A DNA stretch of 64,000 nucleotides from Pristiophorus japonicus (Eukaryota): NCBI RefSeq assembly GCF_044704955.1, contig NC_091977.1:505610001-505674000 (forward strand), written 5' to 3'. The notes beneath the pieces are model-generated. The model was not told the DNA's origin, did no database searches, and was given only the letters and a program-made list of their open reading frames with translations. This document shows, in pieces, positions 41,126-53,457 of the stretch. A program made the position numbers and the translations under genes. The first letter of the stretch is position 1. Each line of letters begins with the position of its first letter.

Positions 41126-42459
41126 ATATATCCTTCACCAAAACTTGCTCCAGTGCGAGTCAGGCTTCACACAAGTGCCTGACTTCATCTTGACCGAACT
41201 GGTTGTATTTTTTTACAGCTGTGTTAAATATGTTGCTATTTATACAGGGTTGGAATTGGTGCGCCCGCCAAGTTGAGGCCAGGAAATTGTATGCTAGTCA
41301 GATCTTCAAAGGCATATTGCAGAGTAAACTCAGGGAGAAATTGAGGACTGTTGGCTACATTGAGGCATTAAACTACAAAAAGCTCTGGTACTTCTCATGA
41401 CTTGTTTTTTTTTAAATCACGTTGAAATTCATGCCATCCTAACCACGAGTGCTATGAATCTTAATCTAGAATAGAAAAACTCCAACGGCACATCTCGACT
41501 TCAAACTCTACTGAGCAATCCATTCCACAGGGAAACACCAGAGACTGATCAATGCATTACACAGAGAACCACCATGAAATTGTATTATATTTTTGGCAGT
41601 AGTGTTCCTTTTGGGGATAGTATTTTTATTCCTCCATTGTTTTCTGTTTTTCTGAAGTGCCTACCTGTGTCCTATATAATGGTGCAAGTTCTGTACTAGC
41701 GATCCGCAAGGGACAAATCATAACAACGTTACAGGTCTTAAAAAGCAGAACAGCTTTTTACAACAGGCTTATTTACTGTCAAAGCATGTGTGTAGAGATT
41801 TCAACCTTGGGAATCTCAGCAGTGTACACAGCAATTCTTGTGTTGATGGAGCTGGGGTTGACAATGGAAGGCAACAGGTCAGATTGAATTGTCCAAGTAT
41901 GGGAATGATTAAGTATCCTGGAGTTTCCTCTTGATTATGTCTGAAGATTAATCAAATTAGCGAGGTACAGCCCATAATATGGTATTTTGATAATACTCTG
42001 TGTAAGGCGCTGGTTTGCTGGACCAAATATTTTTTTCTTATTCCATTCTTTATATGTTTACATTGAAGAAAATGAGAAGGTATAGAAGCATACAGCCTGC
42101 CAAGTGTGTTTTTCCATGTTTGTATGTATTATGATGCACAAATATATGGGACAGGCTGGATTTTTTTTTTATTCGCTCATGGGATGCGGATGTGGAGCAG
42201 TATCTTTCCTGTCTGTCATTTTTGGTATATTCATATGTACAATCAACTATCATGGTCTGCACCCAATCTGTTTCATTTCCTGAGGAAAGAGTCTATATAA
42301 ATTTGTCTTTGCTGCATCTTTCCAAAAACTTCAGAATATCTAATTAATTTTACAACCCATATTCATCATTGACCTTGCTTGACAATGTCATCTCCATAGC
42401 CCAGGGACCGTCATTTCCCATAGAGGATCTTGACTGTACTTCTCCTGATAACTGATATT

Positions 42460-43292
42460 TATAGAATCATACAGTCACTTAAATTTAAGCACAGAAGGAG
42501 ACCATTTAGCTCATTTTGTTTGTGTTGACTCTTTGAAAGAGCGGTCGTACTTAGTCCCACATCCCTGCCTTTTGTCCGTAACTCTGTAACTTTCTCATCC
42601 TGGAGTACCTGTCCAACTCTGTTTTAAAATGATTTATGGAATCAGTTCCCGCTATCTTTTCCGGTAGAGCGATCCAGATCCCAAAAACGCTCGGTGTGAA
42701 AAAATTCTCATCTCTCCTCTCAATCTTTTTCCAATGATATTGAGTCTATAATTTATTTTTATTTATCATAGAATCATAGAATGGTTACAGCATGGAAGGA
42801 GGACATTCGGTCCATTGTGCCCGTGCCGGCTCTCTGCAAGAGCACTTCAGCTAGTCCCACTCCACCATCCTATCCCCGTAGCCCTGCAAATCTTTTTCTT
42901 CGTTTACTTATCCAACTCCCTTTTGAAAGCCATGTTTGAATCTGCCTCCACCACTCTTTCAGGCAGTACATTCCAGACCCTAACCACTCGTAAAAAATGT
43001 CGCCTTTGCTTCTTCTGCCAATCACTTTAAATCTGTGTCGTCTAGTTCGTGACCCTTCTGCCAATGGGAACAGTTTCTCTCTATCTATTCTATCCAGACC
43101 CCTCATGATTTTGAACACCTCTATCAAATCTCCTCCCAACCTTCTCTGCTCTAAGGAGAACAACCCCAGCCTCTCCAGTCTATCCACGTAACTGAAGTCC
43201 CTCATCCCTGGAATTATTCTTGTTAATCTTTTCTGCACACTCTCGAAGACCTTCATATTCTTCCTGAAATGCGGTGCCCAAAATTGAACACT
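42460..43292 (-). mobile_element. Two adjacent CR1 3' fragments
   Basis: VQFWAPHFRK...ESVQKRLTRIIPGMRDFSYVDRLERLGLFSLEQRRL; catagaat tails at ~42460 and ~42768. Confidence 0.85.
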
Positions 43293-43734
43293 TTGGCCGG
43301 GATTTTGCCGGTGTTCAGAGGGCAGGTTCGGAGGCAGATCCGCTGTCAAAATATAAATGATTGACAGCAAGTCGACAGCCCACTGTTAAACCGCCTCGAT
43401 GTCAGTTTCCCAAGTAGCGGATCTGTCTGCGCTTTACAGACCCGACTCCAAGCTGCGGGGCAGCCAATTGACATCGTTAAGAGCTTGTTAAAAGGTACTT
43501 CAACAGCATTTAACAATTACTTACCACTTTTCTAGCTTTTTCACAAGGTTCCCAGTCTCAGGGATCACGTCAGGTAAGTAGGCTGGGTTTTCAATGACTC
43601 TTCATTCCTCTGAACAGTTGACAGTTGCAAAAGTGGTATAAAAGCTACCATTTCACAGCTGTTCACTTTCCAATCTTAGAAGCTGGAGCCTTCAGGATTT
43701 GGCATACAGGTTTCAGCTTTATTCAGGTTGGAAG

Positions 43735-44830
43735 TGTTATGTATTGATGTGTGTATCGTCCTAGTACCTTAAATGTAATATAAGCACAATGGTACACCAC
43801 AGAGGGCGCTGTGGTGGGAAACCTGGAAGTACCTGCAACAGGCAATATAAAAGGCTGACCACCTCACCTGAGAGGCACTCTGGAGCTGAACAATAAAGGA
43901 CGAAGGTCACAGCAGTTAGATTAACATCAGACCGGCGGCAGCAGCTGGAGGTCGGCGGCCACGGCGGCCACGTGGGAGGTCGCTACGGAGGCCACGGGGG
44001 AGGCGGCAAGTGCGGCCGCTGGAGAGGCCACGACGGCCGCAGGGGAGGCGGCTACGTTAGCCGCCAGAGAAGCGACGACGACGGCCGCAGGAGAGGCGGC
44101 AAGTCAGGTGGCAGCGGAGGGGAGCGGAGGCTGTGGCAGCGGAGAGCATCATGGCGGCGGCCTCGGTCCAGAGCAGCAGAGCATCAAAGATGGTGGCGCC
44201 CAAGGAGAAGCCTCATGGAATCCTCCTGCATCAAAGATGGCGCCTTAAAAAGGAAATGCACCCAGGAGTCTTAAAAGGGCCTTACCATGTGGTGGTCCCC
44301 AGAAAGGACTTCTGTAAGGCAGAGCGAGTCTAAAATGAGCTATGTTAATGTGAGATGGCGAATTTATAATAAGAATTAATATTCTAATGCTGAATGGCCA
44401 CTGTATTTGTGTAAAATAATGGATATGAAGTACAATTAATGATAAGAGCTAACAAGGAAATCAGGAATCCGTTACCAGTCAATAACTAATTAATGTACCA
44501 GATAACATGTACCATACTAACGCATGTCTATGCCTACCTGCCTTCCGTTGGACAAGTGTGATGTTATGTATTGATGTGTATATCGTCGTCCTGCGTCCTG
44601 GTGGGGGGTGAAGTGTGATGTTATGTATTGATGTGTGTATCGTTCTGGTACCTTAAATGTAATATAAGCATAATGGTACAACCTGGAAGTACTCGCAACA
44701 GGCAATATAAAAGGCTGACCACCACACCTGAGAGGCACTCTGGAGCTGAACAATAAAGGACGAAGGTCACAGCAGTTAGATTAACATCAGACCGTGTGGA
44801 GTCAGTGATTTGTGTGCTACATACACCACA
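43735..44830 (+). mobile_element. Deleted, non-coding Gypsy-type LTR element
   Basis: 5' LTR 43735-~43932 (U5 end lost), GC-rich low-complexity core, 3' LTR 44619-44830, TSD GGAAG/GGAAC. Confidence 0.85.
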
Positions 44831-45352
44831 GGAACTCTCTTATCCAGTCACCTCCTTCAGGCAACCTCTCTCACTACTGACAGATCACTTCTGTCATCTC
44901 AACTTCAGCTGCCATCTATTCCAGCAGCGTTGCTGCCCTTAAAATGAATCTCAACTTGGTCCTCAGAATCCCACCACGATCAGCCCCAACACCAGCATCA
45001 CCAGGCACACCAGCATCACCACTAACAACACCAGCTTCCTCCGCAATCACCTGATGCTGCACAGGACATCAGCACCCGACAACATTGCTGCTCAGGAGGC
45101 CAGGGATGGTGTCGCCATGGCCACATTTACTTCACTTCACGCTGGACACCCTGGCTGCCACATGATGCGCCAGGTTGGCACCACCCCATACCAGCTCCAT
45201 AAAGCATCCCTGCAATACCCAAGGCATTCCTTTCATACCCATCACCATTGTGGAGTTACCGTTATGTCTCACCCTTCACTGCAACTCACTAAGCTACTTC
45301 CAAAGCACACAAATTTGTCCAAGGCAAAGTCTTGAAAATAAAGATTTTAATG

Positions 45353-45557
45353 TGTTATGTATGCAATAACTGTTCGACTGAGTACTGTCTAACTCCAAGA
45401 GGTATAACCTTGGTTCTGCTTTATTAAGGCCTAAATTGACTAATATACAAAATGGCTGGCCTTTTATACTTGGGCTGCACACACGTGCATGCAGCCCAAT
45501 GGCCTCCAACAGAGACACCATCTAGTGGCTCGTGATTCCAAAAGTACAGACATGACA
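45353..45557 (-). mobile_element. Solo LTR related to the 19127-22150 family
   Basis: The reverse complement has TGTCATGT...TATAAAAGGCCAGCCAT...AATAAAG...GTTATTGCATACATAACA; TSD TAATG/CAATG. Confidence 0.85.
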
Positions 45558-46054
45558 CAATGATTGACAACACATTAACAGAAACTGTACATGAACATTA
45601 GCTAAAAGAACCAAGTGCCTGCCCTTGTGTGTTGTTAGTTGGTATGATTGGACATGGATGAGGCCGAGTGTGAAGGATGGCTGGTGAGATGGGTATGTGA
45701 TAATGTAGATCGAGAGAGAGGGAGCGAGATGCCATGGCAGTAGCCCGGCACACAAGCAGAATGCTGGGCTGCAAGATCCAAGAGGATAAGTCGATAATTC
45801 GGCCAATGTTTTTTCCTTCCACGCCTCCCCTTTAATTATCAGCCCGCGAGCGGCCTACAACCCGGAACGCTCCCTGTGAAGTTGTCGTGGGCATCACCCG
45901 CAGCTGCTTCAGGGGACACTACTGAATTTTCGCTCCAAGGCAAAAACAAATCACTGCACACGGTGATGACATTGTCATCGTCAGCAGAAGCGCAGCGCTA
46001 CCGGTAGGAGTGGGGCACTACTGGTTATCATCGCTGCTAAACTCCCATATTAGT

Positions 46055-47238
46055 AGAAGATATTGCAAAGTCTCTGTTTAAAGAATGGACTCAGTCGAGA
46101 ATATTTCATGTACTTTATGGGATTTTTCTGAGGGTATTTTTCCCTGTGATGGCATCACCCTGTGCAGAGAGACCGCATGGCAGTTGGCTGTGACAAAAGA
46201 ACTGTCAGTCATCCAGAATGTATGGGTTCGCCCGCCAGTCCTAGCTAAAGGAAGGGGGCCATATGCAAAAGCATTTCTCACCTCCATCTCAGAAGAGAAG
46301 CAGAACAATGATCCCACTGGCCTGGCCAGCCAAAGAGGAGCCAGTTTTTTTTCCCCCAACACAAAGACCGAGATATGTCCCAGACTCAGGGCCATTAGTT
46401 CAATACACATGGGTCTAATGGCCCATCACTGACTAAGCATCGGAGTGCTTAGAAACAAAAGGGTTTTAATGATTGGCGGCAAAGATAGGGGTAGCAAGAC
46501 TCCTATAAAGATAGACTCTTTTCCACCATTTCGCTACACCCCGGCCCCACCTCCCCCCCACCCCACCCCCCACCCCCAGCCACCTTCTCCCTCTCGCTCT
46601 CGACGTAACAAGAGGTAACAGAGGAGGAAGCCGCAGTTGTGCAGAAGAAGCCGCTGAGATAGAGAACCGCATACCCCTCACAGGGTACGGCCTCCAGGCA
46701 GTGACTTCCCACAGCTGAGCTGAGCACTTGAGACCGACTGTTTGTGGTGGTGAGCATGGTCGCGAGTGTCCCAAGCCAGTAACCAGATATCCCAGGCGAG
46801 CTGGGTGAGGTGTAAGGGCTCAGGGTTTTCTCAGAAGTGAAGCTTTTCAGGGCTATTCGGGGGAGGAAGCTTTGTTTGGTTTAGCCAGGCGAAGGGGCTG
46901 CAACTGGGTAATTCGTTGGTAGGGGTGGAGTTAGAATCTACCATAGCAACAAGGGAATTACTGCATGTTACCGGTCCTCAGTTTTGTACTGTATGTCTGT
47001 TGTTTGTAACCTGGATCTTACTCTCCACAGAGACAGTGATTTTCGTTTAGTAGTGCATGTTTTAGCCAGTGTGTGTTCGACTAAATAAATACAAGTACGA
47101 TTTTTCACCGAAGCATTGCAGTCCGTGACTTATTCCATTTACACTCTGAATAATAATCCCCGGGTATAGAATTTTCGTAAGGCAGGGGCGATTGGAACTG
47201 TCCATCTAGCCATTGGGCTAGGATCAAAACCACTTGCA
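46055..47238 (+). repeat. ERV 5' LTR (1184 bp)
   Basis: Direct repeat of 53458-54634; ends CA; TATAAA at 46504 and AATAAA at 47084. Confidence 0.95.
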
Positions 47239-47243
47239 TCTCT

Positions 47244-47261
47244 TGGCGACCACAAAGGGAC
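47244..47261 (+). promoter_or_regulatory. Primer-binding site, tRNA-Arg
   Basis: TGGCGACCACAAAGGGAC, 17/18 complementary to the recalled 3' end of vertebrate tRNA-Arg(CCG/TCG) (GTCCCTTCGTGGTCGCCA), 5 nt after the LTR. Confidence 0.8.
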
Positions 47262-47287
47262 CTGGGTTAAAGGAGTGTGAATCAGTC

Positions 47288-47925
47288 ATGGACAACGCTG
47301 CTGGCGAAAGATCCCAAATGGAGGAAGGGATTTCTTCATATATATTTAAGAAGGTTAACATCACTAAGAAATGGGTGCTAGGCTTGTTGCGTGCTGAGCG
47401 TCCAGTGGACGCAGCGGCAGAATGGACGGAGGGCAAGGAGCATAGGCGCAGCACTGAAAAGGTGATATGGCTCGTCTGTCGACAAAGACAAGTCCAACTG
47501 CTCGATGAGCAGGTTGGTAAGTTAAGAGGCAGAGCTCAGGGAGTCCAAGGCACAGTCAGATGCAGAGGCAGTAGTAGGGAGCAGGTTATGCACGGAGCTA
47601 AGGGATGAGAAGCTGGGAAGAATAAGCCAGGAGAAAACATTCCATAACCATAAGGAGTTCCTTCAATTCCAGGTAACTGAGGGAGAACACTCACTTGTTG
47701 AGTGAGGTAAAGGTGCTGGAAGAGCAGTTGAAGTATATTCAAGTGGCATGCAGATTCGCCAGCACTAGAGGGTTTGATACGGTAATCATGGTCCTTGCCA
47801 GGAGCAGATCTGGAATTTGACCGATGGTCTATCTAAGGCCAAAGGGATGGTCTGCTTGGTAGCTCCGGGAATTGCCTGGGTAGATAAGGAGGACTGTGAG
47901 GCAGAGGGGGACACTCGACCACTGC
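47288..47925 (+). pseudogene. gag: ERV gag N-terminal remnant
   Basis: First ATG after the PBS; helical/coiled-coil-like text with frameshifts; ends at the deletion junction with pol. Assigned by position. Confidence 0.65.
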
Positions 47926-50546
47926 CAGAAGTACAGGAGCTACCCGCCCTGACCATGGTAACGGGGGTAAGATTCTTCCTGGGACTCACAATGTACTGCA
48001 GGGATTTCATCGAGGACTATGCTGCTACGGCAGCCCATCTACTCCGGCTCCTCCACAAGGGAGTGGGATGAGGACTGCATGGCATCTTTTAGTCGTCTGA
48101 AGAGAGGTCTGCAGACCGCACTGGCTTTCGGAGCGATTGATGGGGGAGAGGAGTTCTTTTTGGAGGTAGCTGCCACAGGGGACAGTTTGAGCACAGTTCT
48201 GCTCCAGAAGCGGCATGGTAAGCTGAAGCCTGTGGTATACTCATCAGGAATCCTCACAGATGTAGAGAGGGGGTACTCCAATTGTGAGAGGCACCTGCTT
48301 GCCACACATTGGGCCGTGAAGAGATCACAAATCTTCACGGGGGCGTCCCAATAACTCTCTTAACCCATCATACGCCGACTCAGATGCTTCTGGATGGGAG
48401 GATAAAGGATGGCACGGTGAGCAATGCACGCTTGACTTTATTGCTCTTTCAGACGAATGTGTGTGTGAAAGATCTCTGTGAGTCGAAGCTTGCCGCAAAT
48501 TTGATCTACCCAGGGGTGACTCACACACATGTTCTGTTGAAGAAGTATGGGATGTGGACATAGGGTTTCGGGCTGGAATCCATCCCATGGGCCGCGAGAT
48601 CTGTGGACGGGTCCAGTACAGTGGTGGCAGGGGAGCGACTCACTGGATGCGGGATTTTTGACCCAAAGGTCGGCATTGTCAAGGCCATTAAACTCCAGAG
48701 CACCATGAGCGCCCAGCATGCTGAACTGTCGGCGGTGGTGTTTGTGGTTACCCACCCCGAAGAGTTCCCTACACGATTTGCTCGGACAGCATGTTCACTT
48801 GCAATTCGTGTGCAGAATATTTAGCTATTTGGTCTCGCGGATTCAAATCTGCAGACGGGAAACCCCTAGCATTGTTGCGACAGATCATAACATCGATAGG
48901 AACCCAGAGGGATTTCTATATCGACAAAGTCAAGGCCCATTCTAAGACAGAACCCCGTGGGGAAGGCAATCAGCAGGCTGACGTACTGGGCAAAGAAGGT
49001 GCTCGAACTGGCAAGTTTTGGGATCCATATGGGTCGAGTCCAGCAGCAACGATCAGAGACAGAGGTGGGACACAAGGGAGTGCAGGGGTAGCATTGGCCC
49101 CAGACCTAAAGATGGTCCAGGCACAGGATCCCGTCCTAAAGACTGTTCTGGAGACGCTGGCTAAGGGAGTTAAGGTAGAGGGTCCATATGGAGTGGCAGG
49201 CATTACGGTAAAGGAAGGGATGGTTTTCAGAGGGGAACAGTGGGTAATTCCTCAGCAGCACCAGAGAGAATTCCTTCAGTTGGCCCACGAGGGTCCAGGA
49301 GCGGGGCACCCCGGGCCGGAGACCACCTGGCAACTGGTGGAACAGGCAGGGTGGTGGCTGCAACTGAGGGAGGACGTCCGCGACATCTACGCGGATTGCT
49401 TGGTGTGTGCTGCAAACAACCCTGACCCCCAGAAAAGAAAGGTATCCATGGGACACACTAGTAGAGTGGAGGGACCATGGCAGTCCATACAGGTCGATTT
49501 ATATCGGACTGCTGCCCACTGCGCAGGGGGGTTACAAGTACTGCCTGGTTCTGGTCGATGTATTCTCTAAATGGGTGGAAGCCTTCCCATGCTGCAAAGC
49601 CACAGCTTTGGGGACCGCAAGGATTCTAGTGAGAGAAGTGTTCTCTAGGTGGGGGCTACCACAGTATGTGGAGTTCGATCAGGGGAGTCACTTCACAGTG
49701 GCAGCCATGCAGGCAACTCTGAAGATGCTAGGTGTAGAGGGTAAATGACACGTCGCTCAAAACCCGCAGTCATTGGGGATTGTGGAGCGGATGAATAGGA
49801 CCATCAAGGAAAGATTACGGAAGGAGACGGAAGACTCGCCTAGAAAATGGGTGGAGGTCGTGCCGTTAGTTCTAATGGGGGTCCAAGCCAGCCCGTCTAG
49901 AAGCACAGGTTATTCCCCACATGAGCTCGTGACTGGCAGGGTCATGAGAACGCCCAGCCATGTACTGGCACCGGTTCTCACAGAAGGTCAGTTGAGAGAG
50001 GTGAACCGGGAAAGGTTCGTTAAGAATCTGTTTGAGCATCTCAAACAGATCCATTGGCAGGCTGCCAGTAACATGGGGAAGCAACATTGTAGAAATCATT
50101 TATTGCTTGAGCCTTAGAAGCACCACGAGTGGAAAGTTGGAGATCAAGTAATGGTCAGAAACTTCACTAGGGTAGGGACTTTTGAACCGCTATACATGGG
50201 ACCGTACAGTAGCGTGGATAAGGCAAGTCCGATGGTATATGCGGTCAAAATGCCCTGACGCACTAAGTGGTTCCATATCAATCAGTGCCAGCTTTTCAAC
50301 CCTGGGGAAAGAGCCGACACGAGGAGGAAACAGCCGGGAGTGGTGAGCTGCACTGCAGGTGTGGGTCTCCAGCCCATAATCTGGGACTGTGAGGAGCCCA
50401 CAGAGGGACCAGCCATTCCACCTGTGGGGGCAGGAGTGAGAAGGAGTGCCAGGATCCCACGGTCCAGGATGCTGTGGACGCCTCCTTACACACCGGTGAA
50501 CGAAGGAAACCGGGGTCATAAGAGGCCCAGGACTGAGGAGACCTAG
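47926..50546 (+). pseudogene. pol: ERV pol remnant: RT thumb, tether, RNase H, integrase
   Basis: VRFFLGLTMYCRDFI; tether FFLEVAATG...PVVYSS...CERHLLA; RNase H VDGSS, SAQHAEL, SDS, KVKAH, GNQQAD; IN HEGPGAGH..CLVC, WQSIQVD, FDQGSHF, GIVERMN, MGPY. Confidence 0.93.
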
Positions 50547-50747
50547 TGTGGCTGCCCGGAGACGGGTGGCGCTGTACATAACTTCTTTCTTTCCTATCTG
50601 TTGCCTTAGCTTGTCTATATAGTTTGTGATTTAAATATATTCCGGTTTCCAAAGGTAATCATGTGTAGTTGCGTCTGGAAAGGTGAGGCATCACCCCAAG
50701 GACAACGTTGCATTTTGTGTGTTTTTCAGGGAATGCCTAAGAACAGG

Positions 50748-53069
50748 ATGAAGTCAGCCATATGAATCCTGATCACCATGATTGAAGCCAGCACGAGTCG
50801 CAGGGGCGACACGGAGGAATCGGTTGTCTTCGGCTGTACCGGCGGAGATGGACCGACCGTGACCACCGGAGGTGGCTCGAAGGATGGGGCGAGCATCTCT
50901 CTCCATGAGGGAAGATGGCCGGGATGGCTGGGGTCGAATTCCACCCAGTATTCCAGCCATGATAAGTTCACCTATGGTGAAACGTCCATTTCATGCCCGA
51001 GAATAGGGGTTACCATCTCCCAGGTTAGGGTAACGGAGGGTAAACGGGTGTGCTTTAGCTGTAGGGACACATTCCACTGGGAAGGTGGTGGTGGCTCAGG
51101 AAACTGAGCACAGACACACGGGACCGGAGAGCTGACTGGGAAAGACTAAGTAACAACATGTACCGGACGACCACGGGTTCTCAGGGAGGAGTGAATGTGT
51201 GTTGGGATAAGTGGTGGGAATCCAAGGACGGGATTTTGTGTGTGTATGTGGGGGTCGGAAAAGATCTGCCCAATGGGTGTGTCGATCGCGTTTAGCAGGC
51301 GATGGCAGACGCCAGGGGTGGGATTGGTTGGGATCGGAATGTGGACTCCTGTGTGATCCCAAAACCCCTGAACACCATCAATGCCACAGAGGTCATCTCA
51401 TATACCAGGAAGCCCCCGCTCAGAGCCCTGACGGCACAGACGACTGTAAATAGGTGTCCCACCACCACCAGGGGTCCAAGGAATGGGTTGGTGTTAATGC
51501 CTACTGACAAAGTTTTGTTTTAGAATGTGCACTACTCTATGGCATCCATGATCCTGAACCTGACTGAAGTCCACCTGCCTGTGTGGTGCCCAAAGATAAA
51601 GAAGCTTTATGAAGCTCTGTTAAAAGTGATCTTTCAGGAATTTTATGAACTGGACTATGGAAATGTAGATAAAGACGGCTTTATGATCTGAATGTTGGGA
51701 ATAGTGTGGGGTCCGGCAGGCAGAGCAGAGGAACTTGGAACGATGTAGCCACAGCGTTCAGTACAGGAACGGGTATTGTTAATAGAATGGATGATTACAA
51801 CTCCAGATGCAGATCACTGGATTAAAGAACCAACTGCGTAAGATTCTAGGGGAAGAGAATACAGTGATGGGTTCAGAGCTTTATGAGGATCAGGCAATGA
51901 CCGTTCATTTAAAAGGAGGTCATTGCAGAGCTGGAGAGGCATGCTAAAACTGTTAATGATTTGATACGGGAGGACAGGAACGCCTCGGAGCAGGCTGCAC
52001 GGAATGAGGTGTGTGTGTTGTATGGAGCATGGTTGCTGGGCGAGGGCCACAGTAACCTGGAGGACCTGAGGCAAGGTCGCGTTCCTTCAGGGTTAAGCAA
52101 CAAGCATCTCGCCGCACTGCACCGGTATAGCAATTCGTTGAGCCCGTGCCAGCTTCATTTGGCCTCTGAAGCCTACCCTGTCCCTGTAGATTGCGGGCGG
52201 TCCAACCATACAGTGATGGGAATTGTAGTGAGGATTCCAGTATGAGCGGGTCATCCCAGCCAGCACCGGTATACAGGGTTTAGAATATTATGGTAATTCG
52301 TGGATGAGTGCACGTTCGTTTAAAAGCGGTCCCGCCGTATGTCATAAAGTGGGAGCATGCTATGACAGGCACTGACCTCTCCGGATGCCAGAGCCGGGGT
52401 GCACACGTAATACTGTGTCCCCAGCACTTGACTGCTTTTGCTCGATCAGAATATGGGTTTGCTTCTGCAGGTGCGGAACCTATCAATTTCACCATGGAAG
52501 TGATGGCACCAGATCACATACCTCCACAGGTAGCATGTGTTGGGAGTGGGACATACTGTTTCACCACAAGTGCACTCCACTACCAGTACAGCCAGGACAT
52601 GTGGTGTCCGGTGAGCGACAGAAGTTTTTGTTTCAAACCCAAGGCTGAGGTTCAAGTGGCACAAGAGCGAGTTACCCCCATCCCCGAACCCTCGACCATT
52701 CACCTCACTGTGAACAACAGCTTCACGCATCGCCAGGACTATGTGGAGCATTTCGGGTACCCGATTCCTTTTCTGCCGGAACACCTCACTGAGATAATAA
52801 AGACCGTGAAGCTCTCCCAGAAACATTTTTGCACTTTAGAGCAAAAGATAGTAGAAGTGGGGGACGAGATCAAGGGGATTATCTCGCCACCGTGGTGGGA
52901 CATCGATCTGAGTGTAGAGATTCCTCCCTGGATCTGCGTCTGTTCCCATGCATTGGTTATCATACAATTGTTGCTTGTAGCCTACTTGTTTTACATCAGC
53001 TGCAGGCGACGGAGCCAGATGCTCCGAGCGCGGTGGCAAGGGGTGTTAGATCGACCCAGAGAGGTGTAA
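50748..53069 (+). pseudogene. env: ERV env remnant (~770 codons; F-protein/foamy-TM-like fusogen)
   Basis: Splice acceptor gtttttcag at 50729; short signal-peptide-like start MKSAI*ILITMIEAS; RQSR cleavage site at 51718; heptad region; Cys-rich beta region; TM anchor ALVIIQLLLVAYLFYI followed by RRR. Confidence 0.85.
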
Positions 53070-53457
53070 TTGATTTATGTTGATGATGGTTTCTCCCTGC
53101 TAAAATTTGTAATGTACCAAAGTTCTGTAAGCAAGTGTATTATATTCTGGTTAGAGTTTTACACTCTATATTGCGCGATGTGCGCTATTGTGATTTTTGT
53201 AATGTGTTTCCACCTGTCAATGCTGTACTGTGTGATGTGCGCGGTGACCTATTTTTTGGTAACTTCTTGTGAAATGGAACCCAACCGTTTGAATGTTAAG
53301 AGGCCGTTTTCGCTGATGTCTTGACTCTGTCGAAGGGGGACAGTTCCAGGGTTTTAAAATGAAAAATCAGGGGAACAGCTTCACTTGTGGGAGACTTTGG
53401 CCTTTGCTCCCTCGTCAAGTGATCTTTTATTGAAAGAAAAAGCATCAAATTGGGGAC

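Noticed and set aside
43972-44333. Gly/Arg-rich ORFs
   Set aside because: Products of GC-rich low-complexity sequence inside the deleted LTR element.
50748-53069. Domesticated (syncytin-like) env gene
   Set aside because: Several stops and frameshifts, including a stop in the signal peptide; it decays like the rest of the provirus.
53070-53324. 84-aa hydrophobic ORF after env as an accessory gene
   Set aside because: Non-ATG start and TG-rich low-complexity sequence with a short internal duplication, typical of a 3' untranslated region.
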